Shown here: one piece after another, positions 31,901-40,298 of the stretch
How the letters are laid out: every line of letters starts with the position of its first letter
Position numbering within the stretch: the stretch's first letter is position 1
NCBI GenBank assembly: GCA_963843655.1
Contig: CAWJLD010000006.1
Location: 83,255-147,254, forward strand
Source: an uncultured Acidobacteriaceae bacterium
Lineage (GTDB): Bacteria > Acidobacteriota > Terriglobia > Terriglobales > Acidobacteriaceae
Reading direction: 5' to 3'
Length of the DNA stretch: 64,000 bases
Notes under the pieces: generated by a model
The model's database searches: none
Seen by the model: only the letters and a program-made list of their open reading frames with translations
Told to the model about the DNA's origin: nothing
Made by a program: the position numbers and the translations under genes

Positions 31901-32599
31901 TGGTCACGAAGGTGGCTCACCGGCGGCTGGCAGACTTCCGGCACGCTCAATTTCCACGGAGCAACCGCTCTCACAGCAACGGCTGGTGGTAGTTGTAATC
32001 AGTCAGCCACCACGGGCAATACCTATGCCCTCACCTGCTCAGGCCTGGGTCTTGGCGAAGGCTCGACACTCGCCAGTCTCAGTGGACTTCCACGCTTCTG
32101 CCCATCGGGAAATTGCGGTGGAAATCTAGCCTCCGGAGTCTCCGGCACATCCTCAAGCAAGATTACAAACGGATACATTCAGTGGTTCAACCCGTACTCG
32201 GTCATTTCCCCCCCCGGCTGCTCCACCGGAGCTGCCAAGTACGGCCCAGATTGCTCTCTGCCGCTATCGAGTTATTACGGCACAACCAAGCCAGGTCAAA
32301 TTCACGGAGCGCCAGGATTCGGAACCGTGGACTTCTCTGTCATTAAGGATTTCCCCGTTACGGAAGGCGTGAAGGCGGAGTTTCGTGGCGAGATGTATAA
32401 CCTGTTCAACCGCGCGAATTACAAGGCACCGTCATTAGGTTCGGGCAACACGGCAACTGATCTTCGCTATAGTGGACTGAACATTTCCAGTTCGACAAGT
32501 ACCGGGCAGGTTAACTCAACCATCGGCGGCACTAGCGCTCCTGGCATCGCCGAAGGTGAACCCTTCAACGTCCAGCTAGCCATGAAAGTTATCTTTTAA
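28973..32599 (+). CDS. TonB-dependent receptor-like outer-membrane protein (Oar type, carboxypeptidase-regulatory N-domain)
   Basis: G.ITDSGGA.IPGA.IT N-domain, IKSGTN.IHG, NYGLRWDY, FAPRLGFSW, EFRGEMYNLFN, terminal F; GGAGG before ATG 28973 (alternative start 29063). Confidence 0.9.
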   Translation: MRLCVGLLSLSLSGPSQSGNCKFQSISGRNMGRLSKLLMFLLLLFVTAIGYSQSSFRGSMVGIITDSGGASIPGAQITARSAATGLVYNSVSSDAGNYTIPNLPIGDYNVSVAFPGFKTTEIKLVRISAGATFSLPITMEIAATAETVEVDAAAVSLDTTTQVRTYTLPTEEVTNIPINGRSFTAMTSLLPGNTTGTTRYLIDGVDNNDVYSNSVGTNQGGVGGVPGTLLPLDSVEEYSAVVQGGAENGGYSGTVVNLGIKSGTNRIHGTLYHYNRNEFFAVEGPFAQYAHVRKPAIRFMETGGSVGGPIIRDKIFYFLNYERQQYVLSQGTSSQTEPSAAYVDKALALLALGGVTPSSNPAITMGQNLITTLWQPDMLTGTATPGNWTPPPSAAQHGYSNNVMMKFDQKISSANNLSERWYWGEGKQTAPLSTSQNPWYYQVAGERVDNIGVTLNSQLSSRSSNQLLLGVDYFNQPFSDAKPNDGAPGVGFIAGVGPGNTYGQPGLAISGFDGTGGTSVQIRNDYSGHVTDTYSIVMGKHQIRTGAEFRRLEIVEVNTGRGSSSIYTRGTFSFNGNRGYNAPSGGVGTSYPTVWPTGSAYSGNVDSQTRALADFLQGEGSSATLYNGNLDRTAYSNNFDLFFQDSLQLTHTFNINYGLRWDYLSPITSDNQDLSTFMPGTAASSLALTGGLAVVGKDISQAYKPSALQFAPRLGFSWQPTILPAITNGLVIRAAAGLYFDQPGPGTWLYATSLAGNPAGTRPLYNEQLTNENIVPYVAIFPSNAAASIPNNGAGGECVGVTTATCPNLSIAAVDPNFSTGNTTNLSASVQKSLGSSAIIEVSYVGAFGRHLANSIDLNQTTYGATTNPAVSNGFLYQQAQRPYFSQYPNFAKITQAASFGRSNSNAFQAYIRARNWHGLISEISYALSTSYGTPKAGSIEDYNNPSMDYGSLAVITNQVKGYWTYTVPSLKVGPEWSRRWLTGGWQTSGTLNFHGATALTATAGGSCNQSATTGNTYALTCSGLGLGEGSTLASLSGLPRFCPSGNCGGNLASGVSGTSSSKITNGYIQWFNPYSVISPPGCSTGAAKYGPDCSLPLSSYYGTTKPGQIHGAPGFGTVDFSVIKDFPVTEGVKAEFRGEMYNLFNRANYKAPSLGSGNTATDLRYSGLNISSSTSTGQVNSTIGGTSAPGIAEGEPFNVQLAMKVIF

Positions 32600-32622
32600 T
32601 TCGACAACCTATTCAACCCATC

Positions 32623-32656
32623 GTTGGGGCCGCCGCGTACCTGCGGCGGTCTCAAC
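32623..32656 (+). other. Strong intergenic hairpin without a U-tract (mRNA stabiliser or attenuator)
   Basis: 14-bp stem GTTGGGGCCGCCGC / GCGGCGGTCTCAAC between the receptor and the first amidase gene. Confidence 0.55.
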
Positions 32657-32688
32657 AGATCGTCTCCTGACAACCTGCCCACGGAGAA

Positions 32689-34041
32689 ATGCAAATGAAA
32701 ATCGAGTATTCAGTCAAGCGGTACTTTAAGACGCTTGGACTAGTAGCAGCATTGACTGTGTCCCACATCTGTGGCGCAGCCGATCTGAGCGGTGACTGGG
32801 TCGGCCAGATTACAGGCCCCTTTGATTCGCAATACACCGCGCAATACAATCACGTCACACTCAAAGAAGTTGATTCGAAGTTGAGCGGCAATTGGGGACC
32901 GTACTCGTTTGCAGGCAACCTCACCGGAGACAAAGTCAGCCTTACACTCACCGAGGCCTCAGGCAAAGAGGCAGGCACTCTAAGTGGAATGCTCGATGCA
33001 GGCACTTTTTCCGGAACCGGAAAAGTAATTCCTACGCGCCGCGGCGGCATGGGGTTGGCGCCCGCTCCGAACGACGTTACCTGGAAACTGACACCCGCAG
33101 CTACGCCGCCACCGTCACCCCACACACACGAATACGACCCCAAGTACTTTTACGGTACCTATTCAGCTGCCGAACCTCCTGCCTTGCACATCTTCCCCGG
33201 CGACACAGTCAATACACGAACCTACGACGGGCAAGGACGGGATGCGCAAGCCATCCGCCATGGTACCGGCGGAGACGTGAATACCGGCCCATTCTATGTG
33301 GAGGGCGCTCTGCCCGGTGATACTCTCGTTGTCCATATCGTCAAGCTGCGGACTAACAAACCCATTGGACGTCAGGGCAGCCGGTTTAATCAACACGCGG
33401 TAACGCAGGCCTATGCCCTCGCTGCCAAATACGATCCCAATTTCAACGGTAACTGGCAGCAAGACTCCGACAAGAATATTGCCACGCTCCCGCCTTCACC
33501 CGGTTTGCCTCATCTGACAATTCCCATGAAGACCATGCTCGGATGCATCTCCGTCGCGCCACCGGGAGAAGAGCAGGCTACGGGCACGGACCTTGGAGTG
33601 TTCGGCGGAAATCTGGATTACAGCGACAACGTACAAGGAACCACTCTCTATTTCCCTGTGTTTCATCCCGGCGCGTTACTTGGAATGGGCGATGCCCACG
33701 GCGCCATGGGCGACGGCGAAGTTGTGGGCACAGGCCTTGAAACCTCTGTCGACGTCACGTTCACCGTGGATGTGATCCGAGGCTATTCAACTCCTCAGGT
33801 ACGTGCGGAGACCAAAGACTATTTGATCTCTTTCGGCGTCTCCGGCTCTGTGCCTGACTCAATTCAGCTTGCAACAACGCAGTTGGCCGATTGGATCAAG
33901 CATGATTACAACCTGAACGACAACGAGGTTGCAATGCTTTTCGGCGACGTTCTCAAGTACGAAATTACCGAATTAGTCGACCCGCACTTTGATGTTGTTG
34001 CCAAGGTACCCAAGAGCGTACTCGCCACACTCAACAAGTGA
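32689..34041 (+). CDS. Exported acetamidase/formamidase-family protein with an extra N-terminal domain
   Basis: Signal peptide ending ..CGA-ADLSG; GPFYVEGALPGD, GGNLD, GDAHGAMGDGEV.GTGLE. Confidence 0.87.
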   Translation: MQMKIEYSVKRYFKTLGLVAALTVSHICGAADLSGDWVGQITGPFDSQYTAQYNHVTLKEVDSKLSGNWGPYSFAGNLTGDKVSLTLTEASGKEAGTLSGMLDAGTFSGTGKVIPTRRGGMGLAPAPNDVTWKLTPAATPPPSPHTHEYDPKYFYGTYSAAEPPALHIFPGDTVNTRTYDGQGRDAQAIRHGTGGDVNTGPFYVEGALPGDTLVVHIVKLRTNKPIGRQGSRFNQHAVTQAYALAAKYDPNFNGNWQQDSDKNIATLPPSPGLPHLTIPMKTMLGCISVAPPGEEQATGTDLGVFGGNLDYSDNVQGTTLYFPVFHPGALLGMGDAHGAMGDGEVVGTGLETSVDVTFTVDVIRGYSTPQVRAETKDYLISFGVSGSVPDSIQLATTQLADWIKHDYNLNDNEVAMLFGDVLKYEITELVDPHFDVVAKVPKSVLATLNK

Positions 34042-34086
34042 CTGCAGCATGACGAACCTAAGCGAGCTAGCGAGGAGACGGAATCG

Positions 34087-35421
34087 ATGACAAGACGCAG
34101 CATTAGAATCGCCGCATTGTTGAGCCTGATTGCCGCCTGCCACATCTGCGCAGCAGCCGATTTGACAGGCAATTGGATAGCGACCATCTCGACCTCGCGA
34201 GTTCCAGAATATGCAAGGGTCTCTTTGAAAGAGGAAAACGGAAATCTAACCGGTTCGTGGGGTGCTCTCAAGCTGACGGGCACCGTGACGGGCCAGGATC
34301 TCCAATTGAGCCTGACTGACACTGCGGACAAGCCTTCCGGAACGCTCAAAGGCACTGTTACTGACGATTCGATAAGTGGAGCAGGCAACATCACTGAGCC
34401 CATTGGGCGCAGTGCACCCATGGGCGGTATGAGAAGACGCTTCGGCGGTGATGGTCCAATCGAGTTTACGCTTGCGCGCGCGCCGGTTGCACCTGCCAAG
34501 CCGCGTGATATTCATTTCGAGCCAACTGACTACTTCGGTTATTACTCTGCAGCAAACAAGCCCGTCCTGCACATCTTCCCTGGAGATGTTGTTCACACTT
34601 CAACTGCCGACGCTGGCGGCGTGGATGCAAAGGGTGTGCAACACCGAGGCGGCGATTCAAACATTGGACCTTTCTACGTTGAAGGTGCGCTGCCGGGAGA
34701 CACTCTGGTGGTCCATCTGCTTAAAGTGCGCACCAATCGAGCAACAGCACGCCAGGGAAGCCGCTTTAATCCGCATGCAGTCACGACCGCCTACCTGGTG
34801 GGCGCAAAGTACGATAACTCAGTCGACGGCCAATGGACGCTTCTTCCGGATAAAGGCATCGCGGTGCCCACTCATCCGAGCGAGCACATGAAAAATTACA
34901 GCGTGCCTCTTAAGCCGATGCTCGGGTGCGTTTCCGTAGCTCCGCCGGGAGATCAGCAGTATCGCGGTGGCGACTTGGGACCCTTCGGTGGAAACATGGA
35001 TTACAACGACAACGCCGAAGGAACCACTCTCTATTTCCCCGTTTTCCATCCAGGTGCCCTTCTGGGAATGGGCGACGGCCATGCCGCGATGGGCGATGGA
35101 GAGGTCGTCGGCACCGGACTCGAGACATCTATGGATGTGGACTTTTCTGTTGAGGTGATCCCCGTGGATGCCACCGCGCAGGTGCGCGCCGAAACAAGTG
35201 ACTACCTCATCGCCTTCGGTGTTACCGGGTCCGTGCCCGAATCGATCCAGGTGGCAACCTCAGAATTGGCGCAATGGATCAAGAAGAAGTACGACCTGTC
35301 CGATAGTGAAGTTGCAATTCTGTTTGCCTCCACCCTGAAGTACGACATTACCGAGCTGGTTGATGCACGATACAACGTGGCAGCCAAGGTTCCCAAAAGT
35401 GTTCTTTCCACGATGAAGTAA
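34087..35421 (+). CDS. Exported acetamidase/formamidase-family protein, tandem paralogue
   Basis: Same architecture: signal peptide, ADLTGNW, GPFYVEGALPGD, GGNMD, GDGHAAMGDGEV. Confidence 0.87.
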   Translation: MTRRSIRIAALLSLIAACHICAAADLTGNWIATISTSRVPEYARVSLKEENGNLTGSWGALKLTGTVTGQDLQLSLTDTADKPSGTLKGTVTDDSISGAGNITEPIGRSAPMGGMRRRFGGDGPIEFTLARAPVAPAKPRDIHFEPTDYFGYYSAANKPVLHIFPGDVVHTSTADAGGVDAKGVQHRGGDSNIGPFYVEGALPGDTLVVHLLKVRTNRATARQGSRFNPHAVTTAYLVGAKYDNSVDGQWTLLPDKGIAVPTHPSEHMKNYSVPLKPMLGCVSVAPPGDQQYRGGDLGPFGGNMDYNDNAEGTTLYFPVFHPGALLGMGDGHAAMGDGEVVGTGLETSMDVDFSVEVIPVDATAQVRAETSDYLIAFGVTGSVPESIQVATSELAQWIKKKYDLSDSEVAILFASTLKYDITELVDARYNVAAKVPKSVLSTMK

Positions 35422-35936
35422 GAATTGACAAGTGGACCGCTCAAATTCCCGCATTCCGTTCGATCGCAACAAAAGCACCGGTTTTTCGCGTGCACAGAAG
35501 CGTTGGAAGACGCGGAATTCTTTACGGCTGCCGTTCCGGCCGATTTTCACCATGGCAGGGTTGCTTGTCGTGCGCTGCCCGAGGGTTCGGTCGGTTCGAT
35601 CTATGAAAGTGGCGGCTGAGTATACTTGCCTGACAGAATTCCTCGGAGCCGATGCGGAGATCCGCCCAGTCCGCTTGTTGCGAATGCGGCTTGACTCTTA
35701 CCGGCACGTCGCCAAGCATCGCGTATCCGGCTCAAGCGCATCGATGTTAACGCTTCCGTCGGAATGAATGGCAGCGAGCGGAGGAGATTCCGGGCCTTAA
35801 GGGAAAGTTCACCTGAGATTCCGACGATCCCAAACGCTGGAGTCCGATGAGCGTCGGCGCCTGTCAATTTTCTCTGTCAAGGTATTGCTCCTGCACCGTA
35901 ATCGCCGTCACGATCTCACTATGGATATGGAAAATA

Positions 35937-36121
35937 TCATTCCCCTTCTCCGAGCCAATCGACGACGGCAAAGTCGCGATTGGCGACGTCGAGTGACTTG
36001 TAGGGCGCAGTGAACTGGATCCTGTCGCCGACGGAGAATTCATGAGGACCTCCCGGTAGACGCTGACGCCGGTGAGGCGGCGAGCATCATAGGTGGCGGC
36101 ATTGCCCGGCGGTTGTTCAAC
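35937..36121 (-). pseudogene. Frameshifted internal fragment of a MobF/TrwC-type relaxase-helicase
   Basis: Manual minus-strand translation VEQPPGNAATYDARRLTGVSVYREV-(frameshift near 36045)-HEFSVGDRIQFTAPYKSLDVANRDFAVVD resembles the GDRxxF..N helicase segment of conjugative relaxases. Confidence 0.7.
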
Positions 36122-36148
36122 TCGAACCTACAACCCTTCGGCTAACAG
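36120..36148 (-). mobile_element. Degenerate tRNA-Asn 3'-part fragment (att-site-like scar)
   Basis: Minus strand CTGTTAGCCGAAGGGTTGTAGGTTCGAGT: anticodon loop CT-GTT-A, variable region and T-loop GGTTCGAGT; no acceptor stem. Confidence 0.6.
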
Positions 36149-36409
36149 AGCAGTCGTGCCGCGGAGAATTCCTGCACGCTGGCCGGGTCGCGGGATTGGT
36201 CATTGGCTTCCCAGTGCTCCACCAGTGATGCCTCACTCCGCTCTGAAGCAGCGCGACACGTCCGGCCCATCCATCGCCTAAATTCAAGGCTTGTATTCGA
36301 CTATTCCATGGAGCCATATCGTCGCCGGGATAATCCACCTTTCGATGGAGGCACTCATAAACTGCGGACAGGTAAGCTCACAAGCATTCCCTGGAGGTTA
36401 ATCAATCCA

Positions 36410-37069
36410 ATGCCACATATTGCTCTGCCGGAAAACCAGCCCGGAATTCGAGGCGCGATGGCGTTTCGTCCGGAAACTGCCCGGCCGCTGAATGATCTTG
36501 TTGAGGTTCTCCTGTGCGCTCCGAACAGCCTCTCGCCCGGTGAGCGCGAACTTATCGATGCCTATGTCTCTTATCTGAACAATTGTCATTTCTGCCAGTC
36601 TATCCATGGCGCCATTGCGGCGGCTCATCTGAACGGCGACGAGGAACTGGTGCGCCGCGTCAAGGACGCCTTGGAGCAATTGCGAGGAAGGCGGAAGGTC
36701 CAGTTAACCGAGCCGGTATTCCCTGCTCTGCGCACAGGCGCGGCGCTTCAAGGAGCGCGCGGCTGGTTCCCTTCGGCGCTCGAAGAGGCTGCGATCAAGG
36801 GCTATACGTGGCATTGCAACCGTCATACGTTTGCCGGTAGACTCGTAATGGCCGGGGTAGATTTGCGCACCGTCGCAGAGCTTCTCGGACACAGGACTCT
36901 TCAGATGGTCATGCGGTACTCCCATCTCGCCCTCGAGCACCAGGCTTCGGCAGTGGATCGGCTGGTGCCGCGCAAAAATCAAAGGGACACCAAATCGGAC
37001 ACCGGCCGATTTGGCAAGAAGAAGGCAATCCGACGATATCCTGTAAATGATACAATCAATGTAGTTTAA
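36410..37069 (+). CDS. Chimeric ORF: N-terminal AhpD/CMD peroxidase-like half fused in frame to a tyrosine-integrase C-terminal fragment (possible pseudogene)
   Basis: GGAGG then ATG 36410; LSPGERELI.AYVS..NNCHFCQSIH (AhpD CxxC); after about 36668 WHCNRHTFA..LVMAGVDL..V.ELLGH....V.RYSH. Confidence 0.75.
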   Translation: MPHIALPENQPGIRGAMAFRPETARPLNDLVEVLLCAPNSLSPGERELIDAYVSYLNNCHFCQSIHGAIAAAHLNGDEELVRRVKDALEQLRGRRKVQLTEPVFPALRTGAALQGARGWFPSALEEAAIKGYTWHCNRHTFAGRLVMAGVDLRTVAELLGHRTLQMVMRYSHLALEHQASAVDRLVPRKNQRDTKSDTGRFGKKKAIRRYPVNDTINVV

Positions 37070-37074
37070 ATAGC

Positions 37075-37166
37075 GGAGAGGTGGCAGAGCCCGGTTGAAT
37101 GCACCTGACTCGAAATCAGGCATACTCGTAAGGGTATCGGGGGTTCGAATCCCTCCCTCTCCGCCA
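37075..37166 (+). tRNA. tRNA-Ser (anticodon CGA)
   Basis: Acceptor stem GGAGAGG/CCTCTCC, anticodon arm CCTGA-CTCGAAA-TCAGG, long variable arm, GGTTCGAATCC, encoded CCA. Confidence 0.97.
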
Positions 37167-37292
37167 TAATCCCGTCTAGGTTATTGAATAGTCTCAATAA
37201 ATCAACTATCTACTGGTCTGCGCGACGTTCAGACTGTTCGGAATGAACGGTCTTGTCGGGCTAATCTGCCTCACCTGTGCATCTTCGCCTCT

Positions 37293-38144
37293 TCATTCGA
37301 CTCCGCCGATGGGTTCAGACACCGGCGGTAGTGTCCGGCTGCCTAATGGCCGAGCCTTGCCTTCTTCGTCCAGAAAGATCAGCCATGAGGGATGCTGATC
37401 GAGCACAGTGTTGATTTCTGAATGGTTCATAACCATACATGCGGTTGAAAGCGCATCCGATTCGGCGGCTGCATCCGTGAGTGCCCAGGCGCGGCTCTGT
37501 CGCGGCGCCCCCTGCCCATTGCGCGGGTCAAGAATGTGACTTCCCTTAACGGACAGTCCCGAACCGCTCAAGGATGCGTTTGACAGGAAGAGTCGCTGTT
37601 GCGCATTGTCGTCGCCCAAACCGCATGACCATCCGACAGCATCCTTAGGTGCAGCGCCCGCCAGAATGCTGCTTCCTCCAGCGACCAGCAAGAATGCCGG
37701 GCAGTCCCAATCGTTCAGCAGTTCAGCCATGCGGTCCAGCGCAAACCCCTTGCCAATGGCTCCGAGGTCGAATTGCAATTGACCGCTCTCGCAGTGGATA
37801 GCAAATTCCTCGGGCAGCAAACTCCATTGCGGCAGCATATCCTGTGTCTGTAATGCAGCCGCCGTAACAGAAAATGCCCCATGAGTGGCCAATTCCATCT
37901 CTTTGGCGACACTCAGACACGCAAAGGTCGGTTCGCTTAATCGCATCGTCCCGCCAGGGGCCAGCGCTGCAATCCGTGCCACATCGCTATCGGTACGAAA
38001 GCGGCTCAGATGCTTTTCTAACTTGTCCAGTAAATCGAATGCAGATTGCGCGGCCTGCGCAACATAAGTGCGCTCCTCATCGGCGACCCGTACCTCATAG
38101 TAGGTTGCCATGGCGTGATGGTGAAATGTGTGGATCTCACTCAT
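37293..38144 (-). CDS. apbE: ApbE-family FAD:protein FMN transferase
   Basis: AMAT, LSRF..SDV, DLGAIGKGFALD, GSHILDPR, ADA-like AAESDALSTA; no signal peptide seen. Confidence 0.88.
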   Translation of the reverse strand: MSEIHTFHHHAMATYYEVRVADEERTYVAQAAQSAFDLLDKLEKHLSRFRTDSDVARIAALAPGGTMRLSEPTFACLSVAKEMELATHGAFSVTAAALQTQDMLPQWSLLPEEFAIHCESGQLQFDLGAIGKGFALDRMAELLNDWDCPAFLLVAGGSSILAGAAPKDAVGWSCGLGDDNAQQRLFLSNASLSGSGLSVKGSHILDPRNGQGAPRQSRAWALTDAAAESDALSTACMVMNHSEINTVLDQHPSWLIFLDEEGKARPLGSRTLPPVSEPIGGVE

Positions 38145-38150
38145 ACAATC

Positions 38151-39647
38151 TCACTGCGGCAAGCGCGACCACAACAGAATTAATACACCTGGACGTACAC
38201 CGTAAAATTCCGGCTGAAAGTTCTCCAACTGTTTTGCGTATTGGTTGGCTGCCTCGGTCGAGGTGATGTAAAAATCTGATTGCTCAACAGACTGCCCCGG
38301 CTGCCAGTATCCCACTTGGGAATAATGCCTCAGGTACCATGGCAAAGGCCAAGGATCGGCAGCGATCACGGCAATGCGCGGAGACACAAGTCCTTCCTGC
38401 TGTGCCAGAGTTGAAAGTTCTGCGGGCAATCCCAGCAGATCCTCTGAAGTCTGCGCATATGCGTAAGGATTCTTTTCGCCGGCTGAATCGAGGAATACAC
38501 GTTGCCGCGTATCAAGCGCGATGAGAATCGCCATGACAGCCATTCCCACGAGGCAAGCGGTCCGCATCGGGACACGCAATGCCGAGTACTCCTCGAGCAC
38601 GCTCCACATCGTCTGTGCCGTCAGTCCCACAAGTAGCGAAATTGGCAACCAGAAGTTCAGTGCCAGCCACGGCGTTTTGTAAGGAATCGCACTATAGAGA
38701 ACGTAAGTAAAAATCAGATAGTAGGCTATCAGCGCAAAAGGCGAAGCCTCACGCTTTCGCACGGCCAGCACGATTCCAATGCACGTCACGGCGCAGATCA
38801 CTCCGCCTGACCGGCCGCTCACGAGCAGATGTGTGTAGTACCAGAAGGGCTTGGCATGCCCACCACCACCTGCCCGCGCCATGTAGTTTGGAACTGCCCG
38901 GATCAGTGCATCCAGTACGTTCCAGTTTGTGCCGAACCAGGTGAACAGCATCATAGAGAGCAGCAGAAAGACCGCAATGGCAGCGATCAGCGCTCTGGGT
39001 CGCCACAGATCACGCACGCTTTGACGGCGCATATTCCAAAGCCGATAGACGAGAGCCGCAGCTGCCAATGCCACGAAGTGAAGAACGGCAGTCTCTTTGC
39101 ACGCCAGCATCGCTGCGGCGCATGCAAAGGCCAGCGCCAGGCACGCAGCACTTTTCTTGGCAAGGGCCTGCCAACCGGTCAGGATCAACCCAGCCGTCAG
39201 GGTGACAAAAAACGATTCGTGGATAAAATAGCGGTCGTAGTAGACGGTGAGCGGTGCGCAGGCGAACAGCAGAGCTGCAATGAAGCAGGGAACGAAACCA
39301 AAGATCTCTGCGGCAACCCCAAGAAGCAGGATCGTGACTGTTCCTGTCAAGACCGGGACACGGCGCAACTCAGTTTCTGTAAGTTGAACAAAAGTCCTTG
39401 CGCCTTGCATCCGCACAATCGGAACGGCCAACGCCACCAGCGCCGGCCCATGCCTGTCCTGTGGATCGTAAGCGTAACTCTGACCAGCCAGTACCTGACC
39501 TACGATATATGCGTTGACAGCTTCGTCTGTATGCATGGGCCGCCTCTCCAACTGGGGCAGGCGTAGCACCAACCCAGAGAGCGCGACCGCAGCGAAAGCA
39601 GCCCACCGTATCCATCGCGAACGCGGGCTCAGGCGGGCTTGCCCCAA
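38151..39647 (-). CDS. GT-C fold membrane protein (TIGR03663/Agl23-like, PMT/ArnT-like)
   Basis: LRL..L..RPMHTDEA, YDP..HGP, YYDRYFIHE, KET, GHAKPFWYY, YKTPW, WPLPWYLR; many TM segments. Confidence 0.78.
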   Translation of the reverse strand: MGQARLSPRSRWIRWAAFAAVALSGLVLRLPQLERRPMHTDEAVNAYIVGQVLAGQSYAYDPQDRHGPALVALAVPIVRMQGARTFVQLTETELRRVPVLTGTVTILLLGVAAEIFGFVPCFIAALLFACAPLTVYYDRYFIHESFFVTLTAGLILTGWQALAKKSAACLALAFACAAAMLACKETAVLHFVALAAAALVYRLWNMRRQSVRDLWRPRALIAAIAVFLLLSMMLFTWFGTNWNVLDALIRAVPNYMARAGGGGHAKPFWYYTHLLVSGRSGGVICAVTCIGIVLAVRKREASPFALIAYYLIFTYVLYSAIPYKTPWLALNFWLPISLLVGLTAQTMWSVLEEYSALRVPMRTACLVGMAVMAILIALDTRQRVFLDSAGEKNPYAYAQTSEDLLGLPAELSTLAQQEGLVSPRIAVIAADPWPLPWYLRHYSQVGYWQPGQSVEQSDFYITSTEAANQYAKQLENFQPEFYGVRPGVLILLWSRLPQ

Positions 39648-40294
39648 ACCTCAACCTCGATGTAGTGGTTCAGCTTGTTGCTCGTGTTGCCGTTGCTGTA
39701 AAGGCGCACATACCGCCCCGCAACACCTTTGGCATCGATCAGCTTTCCTTGATAGGTCTCGATGTAATTCCGATCGTGACCGGTGCCCTGACCCATCTCG
39801 TTGTGAATGTCGCTGTTGAGGATCGTCGTCACACCCGAGCGGAAGTTTGGATCGTCGGAAACCTGCACTACAACGTCTCGATACACGCGCGGCTGCGAGT
39901 GAAAGTGCCACACCAATACTGCGTAGATATTTGACCGTCGCGCCAGGTCGATCTGCACCCATTGCTTGCCGGGACCAAGTTCCACCCACGAGCCTTCGTT
40001 GCCGTCCTTGTCACCGTCCACGATCATGTCCATGGAGCCAGTGATTGGATTGCTGTCGCTCGCGGTCACCTTCTTGTTCAGCGCCAGGTTCCTGGTGCCC
40101 GCCGGTATGTAGAAGTCAGGGCGCTTACCGCGCGCAGGGGGCTCCAGGTTGCCTACGTGCAACGGCACTGGGGTTCCCACAAAGAGCGGTGGCGGCAATT
40201 TGGTCTTCAACACAACCTTGTCCTGAGCAAACACGGCCGCGGCTAACAGCAGAACTGTAACTATGTAGTACTTCTTCGCAAGGTTCTTGATCAT
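39629..40294 (-). CDS. Exported discoidin/F5-8 type C (galactose-binding-like) domain protein
   Basis: Signal peptide; NLALNKKVTAS, VDGD, WVQIDL, RYVRLY, EVEVWG. Confidence 0.85.
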   Translation of the reverse strand: MIKNLAKKYYIVTVLLLAAAVFAQDKVVLKTKLPPPLFVGTPVPLHVGNLEPPARGKRPDFYIPAGTRNLALNKKVTASDSNPITGSMDMIVDGDKDGNEGSWVELGPGKQWVQIDLARRSNIYAVLVWHFHSQPRVYRDVVVQVSDDPNFRSGVTTILNSDIHNEMGQGTGHDRNYIETYQGKLIDAKGVAGRYVRLYSNGNTSNKLNHYIEVEVWGKPA

Positions 40295-40298
40295 GATC

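Noticed and set aside
35425-35930. Short ORFs after the second amidase
   Set aside because: No motifs or coherent RBS; probably decayed DNA I cannot assign
36203-36409. N-terminal 69 codons of the 288-aa ORF
   Set aside because: AhpD similarity and the GGAGG RBS point to ATG 36410; the extension looks non-coding
36704-37123. 139-aa minus-strand ORF across the tRNA
   Set aside because: Antisense to the integrase fragment and tRNA-Ser
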